DNA of 64,000 nt from Chrysomallon squamiferum. Lineage: Eukaryota > Animalia > Mollusca. This document shows, piece after piece, positions 44,040-59,112 of the stretch. The notes under the pieces are model-generated. The model did not search any database and was not told the origin of the DNA. It was given only the letters and a program-made list of their open reading frames with translations. The position numbers were made by a program, and so were the translations under genes. Where the stretch lies: the NCBI GenBank assembly GCA_012295275.1, contig CM022670.1, positions 12,400,001 to 12,464,000 of the forward strand. Reading direction: 5' to 3'. Position 1 is the stretch's first letter. The number at the start of each line of letters is the position of its first letter.

Positions 44040-45649
44040 CTGAAATCAATATGATTAAGGTAATCAAATAAAATTATCACATTGTGCCGTCTCCTTCATC
44101 GAATGCTAAGAATACTGATAGTTGAATTATCATTTGATTGTTCCCAGAAACCAAACACATTAGCTCAGAGGTATAGTTATACCAATTAGCTTATAGGATA
44201 AGAGTTACTTGGTTAGAGTTGTGTTGTCTTCCTCTCTCTATCTGTGTGTGTCTGTGTGTGTGTGTACGTGCGTGTGTGTGATTGTGTGTGAGTATTAGAT
44301 ATTTGTGATTGTGGGATTTTATAAATTTTTCATACATGTGTGCGTAACAAAATCTACAAATTTATGAAATATCAACATGACTGCGTCGTATTTTATTTTA
44401 TTTTATTATTTTATTTTATTTTGTTTATCCTGGGTAATCATTAAACCTTTCATTCACGAATTCGATATTCAAAAATGCTGCCTAATCCTCCATTTTGTTT
44501 CCCAGCTAGACTGGTATACACGCGACTGTCGGTAAAGCAACGATTTACAGTCTAATATCCGGATCTTGCTCCGCGGCGGAACAATAAACGACCGATATCG
44601 CAATTCATTCCATAACGGAAACAAGCGAGTTCTGTCTTTGTTGGATTCTGAAAAGGAACGATGTGTCTCTGACAGAGCAGATTTAAATATGTTCCTGCTT
44701 CTCGTTGTGATTTAGAATTTTTTCTTTCATTCCTTTCCTTTTAATGAAAATTCCAATGCAAAAAGAAAGATAAAAAAAAGTGAAATTTATAGATGAACAA
44801 ATTTAATAATACACGAAGATGAAAACGGCTCCAGAATTTATTTTTGTTTCTTACTTTTTTTTAAATTTAATTTAATTTAATTTAATTTAATTTATTTATT
44901 TATTTATTTATTATTTGTAATATAATAAATAATTTACGTATGTATGCACTTTTGTATGTATGTATGTATTATGTAGATAGGTACGTAGGTATATATATAT
45001 ATTCATGTTTTTGTGTATGTATAGATGTAGGCATGTATGTATCAATGTACATTTGTGAATATATGTTTGTGTATCTAAATATACCGGCACATTCTCCTTC
45101 TTTTTTTCTTTTCTTTTTTATTTCTTTCACATATTTGTAATTTAATTTCCAAATTAAAATCAATGCTGCCAGCTTCTTCTGTAACATAAAACGTCACGAT
45201 AACCAAGATCCAGATTATATCTTCTTGGTCCTAACTGTAACGGCAAAACCAAACTAATTTCAACAATATTTATTGCCATCTTTTTCTCACTCGCTTTCTT
45301 CCAGCTTCGTCGAAATAGTCGTTTAGGTCGAAAAGGCAAGTGCATTAGAAATTGTCCCAAGTTGTTTTCATGTCATTCGACAAACCGAAATGAGCCATAT
45401 CTCCTTATTATAGTCATAAATACTCTGTATTATCAGCCCCAGAATTTCTCAATTAGATTTCATGTTTCGCGCTCTCCCTCAGGGGAAAACTTTCAATCGA
45501 TCGTGCGTCGTTGTTTTCCAGTTAACTACCTCCAATACCGCTTGTTACACAAAGAAAATGTACGAGCAAATCTGCCTAAATAATTATTTATAGTTTCGAG
45601 AAAGTGTAAAGCTAACAATGCTCTCAACATCAGTCACAGAGAGAGAAAA

Positions 45650-45684
<35 letters not shown>

Positions 45685-45803
45685 TAGATAGATAGATAGA
45701 TAGACAGATAGACAGATAGACAGATAGACAGATAGACAGATAGATATAGATAGATAGATAAATGGATGGATGGATGGATGAATAGAGAGATAGATAGATG
45801 GTC

Positions 45804-45845
<42 letters not shown>

Positions 45846-46683
45846 TAGATAGATAGATACAAGGCCGACGCACATACATACATACATACATACATACGTT
45901 CTCTGATTTCAGGTATGTGTGTACACTGATTCAATGAATTGATGAACAGATAGAAGGATGATAAATGGATGGATGCACTTACAGAGAGACAGATACTGTT
46001 AAATAGCATTTATTTTCCATTTTTTTCATTTAATTCGGTATATCCAAATATTTCTATTTTTTAAAGTTTGTGTGACAAATTAAACAGACACATGGATACA
46101 CAGATGGATGGACAGAAATTGAGAGAAAGACAGAACAAGTTAATTCAGCAGACGTTTTCCAGCTGCTGTATTTTACCTTTGGCAACAAATTAACGTGCCT
46201 TAAAGGAAAATGATTTCATTATTTCACTGATATACCACCGAACAGATTCCAAAAAGAGTTGTGTCCCTTCTCTACAGTCTTTAATGACTTTATGGATCTT
46301 CTTCTTCTTCTTCTTCGTCTTCTTCTTCTCCTCCTCCTTTTTCTTCTTCTTCTTGTCCTTCTTTGTTTCCTTTTAACTTATCTGCCAGCAACTTCTGTTT
46401 CCCATTACAAACTTTTGTTACGTACTAAAAAGTATAAATTCACCTTATACATAAACAGACATTGATAGAAAAGGCAGACAGATGGATAGACTATGAGGTA
46501 GGTAGGTAGTTTGAAGCACAGACGTAGATAGATGGAGAACGTATTTGTAGATGGATGAGTGGATAGAAGAATGGATAGATGGACGGTAGGATGAATGACA
46601 TAGATTGTGTGACAGTAACAAACAGACCAGGTAGATTGGTAGTCAGATATATAGGCAGGCTCAGATAAAGACAGGAAGACAAT

Positions 46684-46859
46684 TAAATAGGCTGATAGAT
46701 AGGCAGAAAGTTAAGTATGTAGGTAAGTAAAGAGATAGATGACCGTATATATATATGTGTGTGTGTGTGAGTGTATATAGACTGATATATATATATACGG
46801 TCGCCTATCTCTTTACTTACCTACATACTTAACTTTCTGCACATCTATCAGTCTATTTA
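46684..46859. repeat. Long inverted repeat (73-bp arms, 30-nt loop)
   Basis: 46684-46756 pairs with 46787-46859: 68 Watson-Crick pairs, 2 G·U, 3 mismatches. Confidence 0.93.
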
Positions 46860-47624
46860 TTTATTTACACAAACGCATACACAAACTCACATACATATAC
46901 ATTAGTCACTCATATTACGTTTTATCACCAATGATACAACAGAAAACATATTAAGTATTAGTCCTTTAACTTGCTGCATTTTTAAACCCCAGACCATGAA
47001 CAAGTACACCAGACTCATTTGTTAAATGATGATCTAATGTTTCCAGAGAACACAACACTAGGGAACGTTTTGTGAGAGCTGCGACCCATTCGCAAAATTC
47101 TGTGCTGTTCAAAACGAAGGCAGCAACCTTTCATCGTAGAATCAACTCACGTTAACTTATCGACTTAAGGTCACAAAAGAACCACTTCTAACATCAGATC
47201 AACAAGGGATTATACCTTTTCACTGTCGTGGAGCACCATTTCAATTGTTGTGTCTTCTTGACACGTGCCAGATTGCTTGGATCAGCTAAGTTAATGTGGG
47301 TTCCGAGGAACCAGCTCTGCAGTTCACAGATGATGACAGTAGTCTGCAGTTCAGTGACATGTTGATGTCTGGTGGTTTATGGGATCAATCCTGTCTGTTT
47401 GAAGTTGCATGCAGTTCGAACTGTAATTAAAACAGTTAATTAATTATAAGAAACCTGTGTTAGAGTTAGGAAATATCTCGAAAAAGGACACAACGTAAAA
47501 TGTAGATCAATTTCTGGAGATCTGTACTGCTGAATTTATAATAAAAACACACCTAATGAGAAATCATGTAATTTATAAGAATGACAGAATGTGACACACT
47601 TTACACACATACTTATACATACAT

Positions 47625-47627
<3 letters not shown>

Positions 47628-47706
<79 letters not shown>
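47628..47706. repeat. (TC)n microsatellite
   Basis: Direct read. Confidence 0.95.
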
Positions 47707-47712
<6 letters not shown>

Positions 47713-48255
47713 ATATCCTTGAAACTTTTTTGTGTTTTCTGTAAAATGACATTCAGACATATTCATCTATACTGATGATGTTTTTGTTGTTGCCCCAGTT
47801 CTGCATCTGGAAATATTCTGTGATACTATTTCGTATGAGTAAACACATTTCAATTATTCTACTTCTTTTTTTTCATGTTATTTCTTTTATTTGTTTTAGA
47901 CTTAGAAAACACCATTATTACTCCTTCCTTCAGCTATGGTTGCTTTTGGTAAAAAAAAAAAAAAAAAAATCATTCTAGAGTCTGAATTAACTACCTGTTT
48001 GTCTCGTGTTATTTCCATGAACGCTTCACGTGCAATTAGTGGGTTCTCAGTGGGTGATAGACATTCTGACAAACCCATCCGCACGCACACCGCGAGACGG
48101 AAAAGCCTGCAGGAGAAAAAAAGGTCAGCACTTAATTGTTGTGATGGTCGGGGACAGATCTGGAGAATGTGTCTAATGACAGACGAGGTGAAATTGCATC
48201 AGGTACGGTTGACTAAACACTAGATGACAAAATGGATTAGTAGAGAGAATCGTGT

Positions 48256-48325
<70 letters not shown>

Positions 48326-51300
48326 GTCGGTAACAAGAGAACTGTAAGTAATCGTAAATGTGGAAGTTAAGGAAGAGAAAAAAAAAGAGAAATAAGAAAC
48401 GAAGAAATGCATAGAAAGAAAGACACAAAATCAGATGACGAAACAATAAAGAAAAATAATGATAAGAAAGATATGAAGCAATAAATGTTTCCAGGAATTA
48501 TTGTTATTGTTGTTGTTGTTATTGTTTTCGATGTTGGTACAGTTATTACTACTACTACCACTTTTATTTTTATTTGTTTTGACGGGTGATCCATCAAAAT
48601 AACAGTTAAAACTGGCATTGCTCTTTGTCAGTGAAATTTATTGAGTGTTGATATTCTTTTGTAAATATAACAGAAAATATCATATGAGTTGTTGCACAAT
48701 ACAAAGAGCACCCTAGGATGTAAGTTCGACTCCTGCTATGGCCGGAATCCGTGGCGAGTTTACATCACTTACTAACCTTTTTCTTGAGCGAGCGGAAAAT
48801 TAACGAGCTAATCAGAGCTAGCTGTTGTGAAGCACGCATGCGACAGTCACACTTTCAGACAAAGGTAGAAATAATGACAATGACAATGACTTTATTCTCA
48901 CAAACTGTAGGATTACAGTACAAAGAAGAATGTATTGCAGATATAAAATAACGTGTCTCTCGCAGGTACCTGTTTCGCGAAATGGCGTGCTAATTATAAT
49001 CCCAAAGCGGACGTCGTTGAAATCACTGACAGGACAGATTTAAAATGTTTTTCCAGCTTCTGTATGCATATTTTGCTTCTTCGTTCTTTAATAATTGGTA
49101 ATTATTAGCTTCAGTCAGGATATTAAATATCAGTTTAATTAAGCTGTCTAAATTGTGACTAATTACAATCTAAGGTAATTTTTTAGTTGAAGAATTGCAC
49201 GTATCCAAAGCATTTATTTATTATTTACCAATTACCTACCCAGTGACTTACTATTAGCTTAAACTAACTCCCAGAGTGTGTTGAGATAAAAATACATATA
49301 AAATTGCACTAGAAATATGAAAAAACTAGGAGTATAAAAATTTAACTAAGCTAAATTATTTATAAACTCAATAACCTAGTGAAAGTTGGCCTTCACACAT
49401 TTATTATTATTGTTATTATTATTAATATTATTATCATTATCATCATCAACATCATGAACATCGTCATCATAATCATCATCGTCGTCATCATCAACATCAT
49501 CAACATTATTTTTTTATTTTTTTTATTTTTATTCTTGAAGTTAGAGAAATAAAAGAATTACAGATTATTTATGAATGACCTCCAGTCCTTTCAAACAATT
49601 AGACTAAAATTAACGTTTCTTAAAATACTCATGGAATCTGTAGACAACGATGTGGTTTTTCTCGCCTTTTCTAATTATGTTTAGTCACCAGCTATGTCAT
49701 TCAGAAGCCAAACAAAATGTTAAAATGTCATTAATACAAAACAGACCACGTCTGACCAAAATAGCACTGTATGATGTAAGAGAAAAAGATTGACGGATAA
49801 AAACAGAGTGGAAAAATCAAAAAACAAATAAATAAATTAAATAATAATTTATAAAAACTATGAATAATTATAAATAAATAAATAAATAAAATACAAAACA
49901 AAATGAAAGAAAATATAATTTTAAAAAAGTAATAAAAATAATAATACAAAATAATAATACAAAAAAAAAAAAAAAAAGACTGGTTAGGAAGAAACTATAG
50001 GGATTAAAAAAAAAATGCAAATAATAAAGCCTCAGGTGCAATGGATCGTAGAATCAATTTTTCTCATTTTTTTTTGCTGTTCCAGCAACTGCTCCTCGAC
50101 GAATGTATTAAAAGCTATCATTTTCGTTTCCGATGTATGAGCAGGTTCATTTAAATTATTCTTTACGTTTGTGACATAATGACCATTAACACCGAAAAAC
50201 TGAAAAATGTCTTTGTTTAAATACAGGTTCGTTACAAAAAAAAAAAAAAAACCAAAAAAAAAAAACTCCCTCTCCAACGAATTTGTTCAATGTCATAATG
50301 TCATTTTATCTTTTCTTCTGAGAAGATAATGATGGTTTTGTTACAATTTAGACGTCAGTGAAGTATTATAAAATGGATAATTGAAACTCAACAAAAAAAA
50401 TAACTTGAAGAATAAACTAGATGGCTTGAAGAAAATTAAAATAACAACAGTGTTTAACTCTGTAAGAGCTGAGAGCAGTGTTATGAAAGCTATTATTCTT
50501 CTGTCTTTGAAGTATGCAGTATTATTTGACTTGATTAAGCGTGATTTTCCAATGACTTAACTTTCTCCGTGAAGTTAACACTTCAAAAAGGTTTGATGCA
50601 TAAACGAAGCAGCATATTGTCGGAAATGTAAATGTATAATTTATTAAACAATAAACTGCAAAGCTTTAAACCGTTTCAGAAGTCGACAGAATTAAATCCT
50701 TACTATTACACATAGTACAAAGGTTAAAAAAAAAAAAAAAAAAAAAAAAAACCCCAAAAACAAGAAAAACACTGATCAAAGCATTTTGGCCTAAAACACG
50801 ACCGTTAATGAAATAACTTTACTAAACAGTAATATTCGTAATGTACGTATCTTTAATGTCTTTCATAATGCCGTAGCGACATTGTGGTACAGACAACGTA
50901 ACAGGTTCTTTTGTCTTATTTTCTCTTAATACTACCCAATTTTCGACAGCGTAGAACTTCGCTATTTATGCTTCACTTCATATGACTAAAACCTATTTAC
51001 TGACAGTTCTCTGTATGTTCAAAGCATTTTCGATATATACGCTTCTAAGTGTCTGATTATTTCAAATTGCTGAGTATGTATTTTATCATTTGTTAATAAT
51101 AATATTGTCTTAAAGCCATTTTAAAAGTTTAAGTTTTTTTTTTTTTTTTTCAGTGTAGTGAAAATAACTTTACTGTTTAATAACCATAGTCAAGTGGTTA
51201 TAACTTACCTCTCACACAATGGCAAGTCGTCTATATTTATAACTTTACTGTCAGATAATTCCATGATGACAGTAATGATATTTACTATCTTATGACGTCA

Positions 51301-51849
51301 TGTTGATTATTTCTGCAACGTTATTGTCTCATGGCGTCACACTGACTGTTTCTGTGTTTCTAACGTCATATCGATACTGTCCAGTAACGCCATGTTGATA
51401 GTCCTGTTAGTGCAGAATCTGTAACTGTACTAAGCGTCTAATAATGTTTTGTTAAATACGGCTCAAAAGTCAGGAAGTTGATTAAATTCCTCTACAGAGG
51501 CACACCGCTGTGTATAAAGCGAATCAATTTACTGTGAGCGTTCGTCCGTTGTGATAGATTGGTTACTTGGGATACATTTAAGATTCGATAACCAAAGCTG
51601 CGTCATAATCATAGAGTAAATGTCAGTTTAGTCTACGTTTAATTTTTCAACTCAAGTTCCGTCTAGGGACGCCTTTTTCCTTCTTTCATTTCTTTCTTTT
51701 TATTACTTTTTTTTTTTGCCCCACTTGCTTGACAAAAATTGGAAACGACAGAATAGGTTTGTCTGTATCGTAGCAGTAGGACGTTGTTTAATTCTGCGAA
51801 GAAAAATCAATAAAATATAAAGACGAAAAACTCCCTAAACGCCGGATTT

Positions 51850-51863
51850 CTGAGCATGCTCAG
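51850..51863. promoter_or_regulatory. Perfect 14-bp palindrome CTGAGCATGCTCAG upstream of gene B ATG (NRF1-like core, overlapping Inr-like TCAGTT)
   Basis: Seen directly about 125 nt upstream of the ATG. Function is inferred. Confidence 0.35.
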
Positions 51864-51986
51864 TTCCAGTGACTGTTGTCAGTGTTTGGGTTAAAACACG
51901 TGCTGCTTTCACAGTGAGTGGTTGGTTGGTTTCATAGCGGTCTTCCACGGTGTCGAACGCAGTATGAAAGTTTTAGGAATCTTACA

Positions 51987-52080
51987 ATGGATATGTTTAA
52001 AGATTTCGTGGCGTGCGGATTAATTCTTTACTTGCTGTGTGTAAGAATAGTTGTAGCTTTCCAAGGTGTCATTCCGCTAG
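51987..52080 (+). CDS. iGluR paralog B, exon 1 (signal peptide)
   Basis: MDMFKDFVACGLILYLLCVRIVVAFQGVIPL-G |gtgagt, phase 1. Same ending as gene A exon 1 (VPIG vs IPLG). Confidence 0.8.
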
Positions 52081-53169
52081 GTGAGTTAGTTCATTTTTTT
52101 AACTGTGTTTCCATTGTCTGTGACTCTGTAGAACGTCTGTCTGATCGTCCAGTGTATGTCTGGAAGTTTGTCATCTTTGCTTTACTCATATTTGAAAATT
52201 GTACATAATATCTGTTGATCGAAATAAATATAAAGACGAAAACCTTCCTAAGCAGAAAGTGATGACATTATTTTAAATATTTATTTATTTATTTAGTTAT
52301 TTATGGTATTGTTTGTTTTCTTTCTTCTTTGTTTTCTTTTCTTTATTTTTCTTTTCTTTTCTTTTTTTGCTTTTTGAAATACGATTTGCTATAAAGAAAA
52401 TGTTCTGTTTTTTTTTTTTTAATCCTCGTTTCTGAAACTGATCCCAAATTTATATGGCTAATAAAGCAATAAAAAATATACTCACAAAGGCTAAAATAAT
52501 AATAATAATAATAATCATGATGATGATGATGATGATGATGATGATAATAATAATAATAATAAAAACTATTCTGAGGCTTTAATTTTATTTCAATATCAGA
52601 CAGGTTTACGTCACAGTTTCCCATGACAAATTTTCTCAGACTGAATTCAATTCATTAATCAAATACCCATTTATCACTGTTTAATGACAGATACCCAGGC
52701 ACGTTACTGGGTCTCCGGAGATGTGTACACTTAGACATAATAATCATACATTTAGCAAAGGCTAGACGCTTTGGCAGCAGTGCAGAAAAACTCCGTGATT
52801 AACAATTTTCGTAACAGGAGATGATCCCGATATTTTCTTGTTTCAAATAACAAGAGAAGAAATCTAATCAGTGGCGATGTCTGCAAAATGAAACTCGTAC
52901 AAAATGTATTCTTTGAGGTTTTCTAATAAATAAGGATTCAAATACACACTTGTTTTAAATAAACCATAATATTCACAGATATTATTTTATACTACGAATA
53001 TGTGTTTGTTTTTTGTTTTTTTTAATTTTTAATTTAATTTTATTCATGATATTTAGTTTTATGTAACAAATGAAGATGCAATATGTTAGTTTTAAGGTAA
53101 TAATTGTGTGAAATATTCACAATAGCCAAATTTATAATAAAAAAATCTGAAAATTAAAACTACTGGTTT

Positions 53170-53341
53170 CAGTGAAACTTCTCAAAACTGAACAGTGTCC
53201 GGACCATTTAAAAGACTGGTTTGGAGGTGTGTTCGGTTTACAGAGGTTTTGCATAATGGCATTTTAATGATGGGGCCGCGGAAATTACAGGGTTTTTCAG
53301 GATATCCATCTTGTCAGGTCCAATTTTCAGAAGTTTCACTG
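53170..53341. mobile_element. MITE, Tc1/mariner/pogo-type termini
   Basis: TIRs cagtgaaacttctcaaaactgaac / gtccaattttcagaagtttcactg (21 of 24 match), CAGTG ends, TA on the right flank, non-coding 172 bp. Confidence 0.75.
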
Positions 53342-54646
53342 TAGATGGAACATCCACCGGTGAAAAACAGTACATATCAGAAAGCCTGTCCTGGACATAA
53401 GAAATAGCTCGCCAAGACAGAACAAGTAATTACGAGTGGCATGCTTGAACTTTCTTTCGAGTGCATTCAGCCAATCATTATCTGCATCTTCAGCATATTC
53501 TTAATCAGAAAAAGTGAAGTATTTTATCTCACGTTGAGTATTGACTAAATATATCAAGTCATTTGGATTAATATTTAATTATCTTTATTTATTTATTTAC
53601 CTTAATTACAAATAAAAAATTTAACATTTATTTTATTGCCTTCATTATATATTTTTTATTTATTTTTTATTGTTTAGCATAACTAAATATAGATATATAG
53701 TCATTTGGATGTAAATCTAATTTAATATCTCTCCAGAGATGGTGTCAGATTTGATGTATTTTTATTTTTGTTATGAGTTACGTCTGTGAAATGATTATCT
53801 CAAAGCATACTTAGCCACTTGGGTATTTGTTTTTCAGTTTCATAATAGAGCAGCATAATCAGAAGAAAAATGTGTAATATCATAAAAATCGATTTTCAGA
53901 TGTATCAAAAAAGAAATATAAATGAACGAATGAATGAACTAAAAATAAATAAATAATATATTGTAATAATAAATTGAATTCTGTCTATCTATCTGTCTAT
54001 ATATATATAAACTGAAATACTATTTCTTGCACCAAAACCACAAACAGACACACACATACATAATATGAAGAAAAAAGGCTCGCATGCCCTGATACACACA
54101 GCGCACCTTCTGCAACGATGACCAGCATATTAACAACTACTGAGACAATCAAAATGTTTCTACGAAGCTCTCATCTGTGGATATAGCCCTGTCACAAAGA
54201 CTTGAGTAAACATGTATATATTACAGGTGCTATGCTGGAAATTTGAACAAATATTGAATTTCCAGTGATGTGAAAACAAATGGATATTTTAATTACACTT
54301 ACATACACTGGAAAGAGTTTGTTGCAGGCGTCGGTGTATCGAGCTTTAATTTGTGTGTACAAATAATCGATGGTGTCAACAAGTCTCAATAAGAGACCCA
54401 CTGATTGTCGTTAGAATCGTTTGGAAATTTTTGTCAATTTCAAATAACTAAGTCGAAGATGTATTTTTTTTTTTTTTTTAATTTTATTCTGAAAATAATC
54501 CTTTTAAGTGCAAAAGTATGATATTATTAAAATATTCATGCATTTCTTTGTCTATCGTGAGATACAGTTATACTAATGATGCTGATGTAAGTGATGTCAG
54601 AATCGGAATTTTTTCTCTGAGTTTTTTGTACTTATAAATAATAAAA

Positions 54647-54684
<38 letters not shown>

Positions 54685-55428
54685 TTGTGTGATAAAAACC
54701 CAACAAAAAACTCAGTAAAATAAATGTTAAATGATTGCTGTTGCAACTAGGTCACAAAGACTTCGGTTCTTATAACAAAATTTCACTTATATTTTCTAAT
54801 CTAGCCATTTCTTAATTTACCATGAAGGTTTATCAATCATCCATAAAAGTAACCATTAAGAAACAGAAGACATCTTCGCCGACTTAGAAAGGTTTATTTC
54901 AGTCTCAGTGGTTTAAGTCATCCATCTTAAGAAACTTAACACCAAATTTCTGTTACGCTGTGGATGGAGCTGCATTACAGTGGCCCGGACTCATTCATTA
55001 TGGATATAGCAATTAGCCACATTGGTGTCGGTCTATCAAATGCCACTATTTACATTCGTCGCAGCTGTTCGGAAGATTTCGGAGGTGTTTCGTAGTTGTT
55101 TATTTGATTCTGCTCGAAAATGCTAAACGAGACAAATATCGAATTCTCTCGTCTGATAGTATTTACAAGTAATTACAGTTTGTTTGACTGGTGATTAGTT
55201 TAAAATGAATAACCATTTTAAATGTATTAATGCAAAACAGACTATATCGTTTCTTTTGAAGTCAGTATCACCTTGAAAATCACTATTTTGAATAAATGAA
55301 TATTGGGCTGCTTCGGTGATACATCAACCCGCTTTAATAATATTACAATCATAAATTATGATGATTGAAGAGAAAGCCTGGTGTTAATAATACTGAAAAG
55401 ATTACAGTTATGAATAAGCAGCAAAAGA

Positions 55429-55467
<39 letters not shown>

Positions 55468-55468
<1 letters not shown>

Positions 55469-55610
55469 TGCTGGGGTGTCGTTAAACATTCATTCATTCA
55501 TTCATTTAAGATTGCCTGTGTACAAATTTTAACTGTTATTAAAACATATCTCATGAACTTTGACTGGAATGAGAAATAGCCAGAATAGGGTCATCTACGA
55601 TTGATCCGGT
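55468..55610. mobile_element. Possible SINE remnants (tail gtgtcgttaaa(cattc)n plus an inverted head fragment)
   Basis: Tail-like (CATT)n repeat and similarity to 29400-29430. Confidence 0.3.
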
Positions 55611-55912
55611 GTGTGTGATTTGAATACATATATTTGCGAAGTTATTTTCATGTGTATGTATTCCATCTGTATATGAATGTATTATACGTGTTTATTTGAT
55701 AGGCAGTTATGTGCAGTAAATAAATGGGCGGATTGATTGACATATGTATGATTTTGTGTATAGTTTGTATCAAGTAAAATATAAGGAGAAATAATTATAA
55801 GTGATATGCATACCTTTCCATAAATCTATGTGTTTAGATTTATTCTATTATTTCTTTGTAGTTAGGTTTATTTGACACACACACACACGCGCGCACGCAC
55901 TCAAACACACAC

Positions 55913-55953
<41 letters not shown>

Positions 55954-57425
55954 AAATAATTTAAATAATAAAAAGCTACATCCATTTACTGTCGCTTGAA
56001 ACACGTTAGAAAAACTTTGAAATCTGCGATGTTAGAAGAAAAATATCCTAACATCAAATTATTGTAATTTTTGCTATTCAGAACAGATGTGCTAAGTTTT
56101 CTTCTTCATACCTGGAGCTGTTTTTAAAATAAATATGTTTGCTGCACATTGACAACTAAAATAAAAACTGTGAAAAGGCTAAACTTTCCTTCTGGCAAAG
56201 GCTCTCGGTTAAAAATGAGCTGCTCAGAAAGGTGATGGGGTACGAATAATTACAGAGATAACGATTTGCTTATTTTACATTTTTATTATTCATTTCTTTA
56301 TTTTCATATTATCTATTTTAATTATTTAATTATTTTATCTTATTTTATCTTATTGATTTATTTAGTTAGTCAGTTATTTTTTGTTTTCGTTTATGTACTG
56401 TTACTTATTACATATTAATTAATTTACAAATCAGTCTTTATTATATAGAACTGATTTCACTGCGGACAATGAGCTTTAGAAAACGTTAATATTTCTCTAC
56501 GTTTTCTAAATAATAGTTTATGAGTCGAACATTATTACAGCTAGCTCATCTATGACGGTGACGTAAAGGTGAATGGATAGAACAAACGTGGAAAAAATAA
56601 TATATTTTATAACAATATACTGTATCAGCAAAGCTCACTAAAAAGCTTTTATTTTTATTATTATTTATTATTTTTAATGTCGTTATAGTTGTTGTTGTTG
56701 TTGTTGATGATGATGTTATTGTTGTTCTTGTTTCTAAGATGACTGCTGCATGATAGTCACCATCAATGTCTTAATTTTATTTTAATTTTATTTTGCAGAT
56801 AAAATAACTTAATACAGAATATACAACTTAATATAACTGTGACAAAATATAGATATTTAAAAGACGTGCCGATTTGTTTTTTTAAATACAACAAAGTGGA
56901 TACCCGTAAATCAATAAATGATTTAGTGCTTTGACAATTTTTAAAGTCAATAAATAATACCAAAATCAATAATAATAATACTAATAAAGATGTAGCAAAC
57001 CAATAAATGAAGTAATGTGTGCGTGTATGTGCGTGTGTGTGTGTGCACCTGTGTTGTTTCTATGTGTGTGTATATCTTCAGAGAGAGAGAGATAGTGAGA
57101 GAGACAGAGAGAGAGAGATACATAAACACATGAATATATGTATATATGATGCATCAACATATTCTAAATAATAGTAGTAAAAAGAGAAGTTTAATAATAG
57201 ATATATAACAAAATAACAACACATGAAGACAACGACTAATATTTATATCAGTAATGAATAACAAGTAATTTTAATCAATAAAAATACACTTTAAAAAGAT
57301 CAGTGAAATAAGTTAAAAATAATTAAATCATGACGATAACGATAATGATAGTGATTATTATGATGTTGATGATGATAATGATAATACTAACAATAACAAT
57401 AACAATAATGATAATGATGATGACG

Positions 57426-57490
<65 letters not shown>

Positions 57491-58495
57491 CTAAGGAGCA
57501 AGCAATAAATAATAAAACATAAATGAAGTAATATCGCGTAGACTCAATAAATCATTTTCCATGATGAATTCAGTCAAAGACTAACACTTTTGCCGGTAAC
57601 ATTTTAGCACAATTTGACAACAATAACACTTTGTCATGTTTAATAACACTCGACAGCGTGTTATATGTGTTTTTACAGTATTAATATTGTTCCGAATCTT
57701 CACTGTGACAATATTTGCATGGCAAGCAATAAATATCTAGACGGTAACTGTAGCAGCAGCGATGGTCGATAATTCCTAAATGAAATTAGAAAACGGTAAC
57801 TTGGTTAGTGGGCAAATCATTTCAAAATTTTAATTCTCTTATCTAATTTCCCCGGGATTCAGATCTAGTCGTCTGCTTAAAATTAAAAAAAAATAATAAT
57901 AATAAAAAAAAAAATAAAATTTAAAAAAATAATAAAAAAGAAGAAAGAAAGAAAGATTTTTTTCTTAATGTAATAGTTATCATGGAAATAGAATTACGTC
58001 TTAATAAATTGAATAAACCTTGAATTATTTTTAAAGATAAAAACTTAGAATAATGAGAGATCTTCAGTTTGCAGAATAATGTAATAATATTCCTCTGAGT
58101 TTAACATTTGAGGGAATGTTAATATTTTGTTTTATCATGGTCCTGATCATCATTATTGATGGTCTCGTTCAAAATACCATCATCGTCATCGTTGACGTTA
58201 GACGAAGATATTGATACTGAAATACTGTCTAGGTTTTATGAAAAAATAAGTCTGTCTCCTCTGCGCCATAAAAGCAAGCTTCAAAACAAATCGGTGAGAC
58301 GTTCAGCAGTGAAATTTCCAGCCTTATTTATTTATTTATTTATTTATTTTCTTGTTTAACTTTATTTGCATTTTATCATCTACTGTCTTAGGATCAGACA
58401 GAAAAATTAGCCGACAGTGTTTTTATTGTTGTTTTCAATTATGATGATGATGATGATCATCATCATCATTACTATTATTATTATTATTGTTATTA

Positions 58496-58527
<32 letters not shown>

Positions 58528-58695
58528 GTTGTTGTTGTTGTTGTTGTTGTTGATGTAACATGAAAATGAATAAATGAATGAATAGTAAATAAATAAATAA
58601 ATAAATGGTAAGAACAGTAACAACAAGAAGAAAGCATTAAGTAAAAAAAAAAAAAAAAATGCAATAATAATCATAATTAACGTTTTCTTTTTTAG

Positions 58696-58851
58696 GTGCC
58701 ATTTTTTCCATCGACGACATTTTATCACAAAAGGCTTTTGACTATGCACTTTCTAAACACATGGAGCGGACCGACAGGGATCCATACTTCGAATTCAACG
58801 CCACCGTCGACAACATCGACATTTCCGACAATTTCCAGCTGGCGTCTGCAA
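58696..58851 (+). CDS. iGluR paralog B, exon 2 (ATD start); gene continues beyond the window
   Basis: ttttag| GAIFSIDDILSQKAFDYALSKH...FEFNATVDNIDISDNFQLASA a|gtaagt. 156 nt, phase 1 to 1, typical iGluR GAIF start. Confidence 0.88.
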
Positions 58852-59077
58852 GTAAGTCTGTTTTGTGTCTGACTTTTGTAACGCTATCACTGTATCGGTG
58901 ATTTCCCCTTTAATAAGTTCTTTAGTCAGGGAGTTAATTTAATATGGTGGCTCTCCGTCAGCGTGATTGCATTAAGAATACAAAATATCGTGAATAAGTT
59001 AATATTAGTTCTTCGTGAATAATGTTTATATATATTTCACTTTTTTTCATCTTCTTCTGTCTTTTTTATTTTATTAT

Positions 59078-59112
<35 letters not shown>

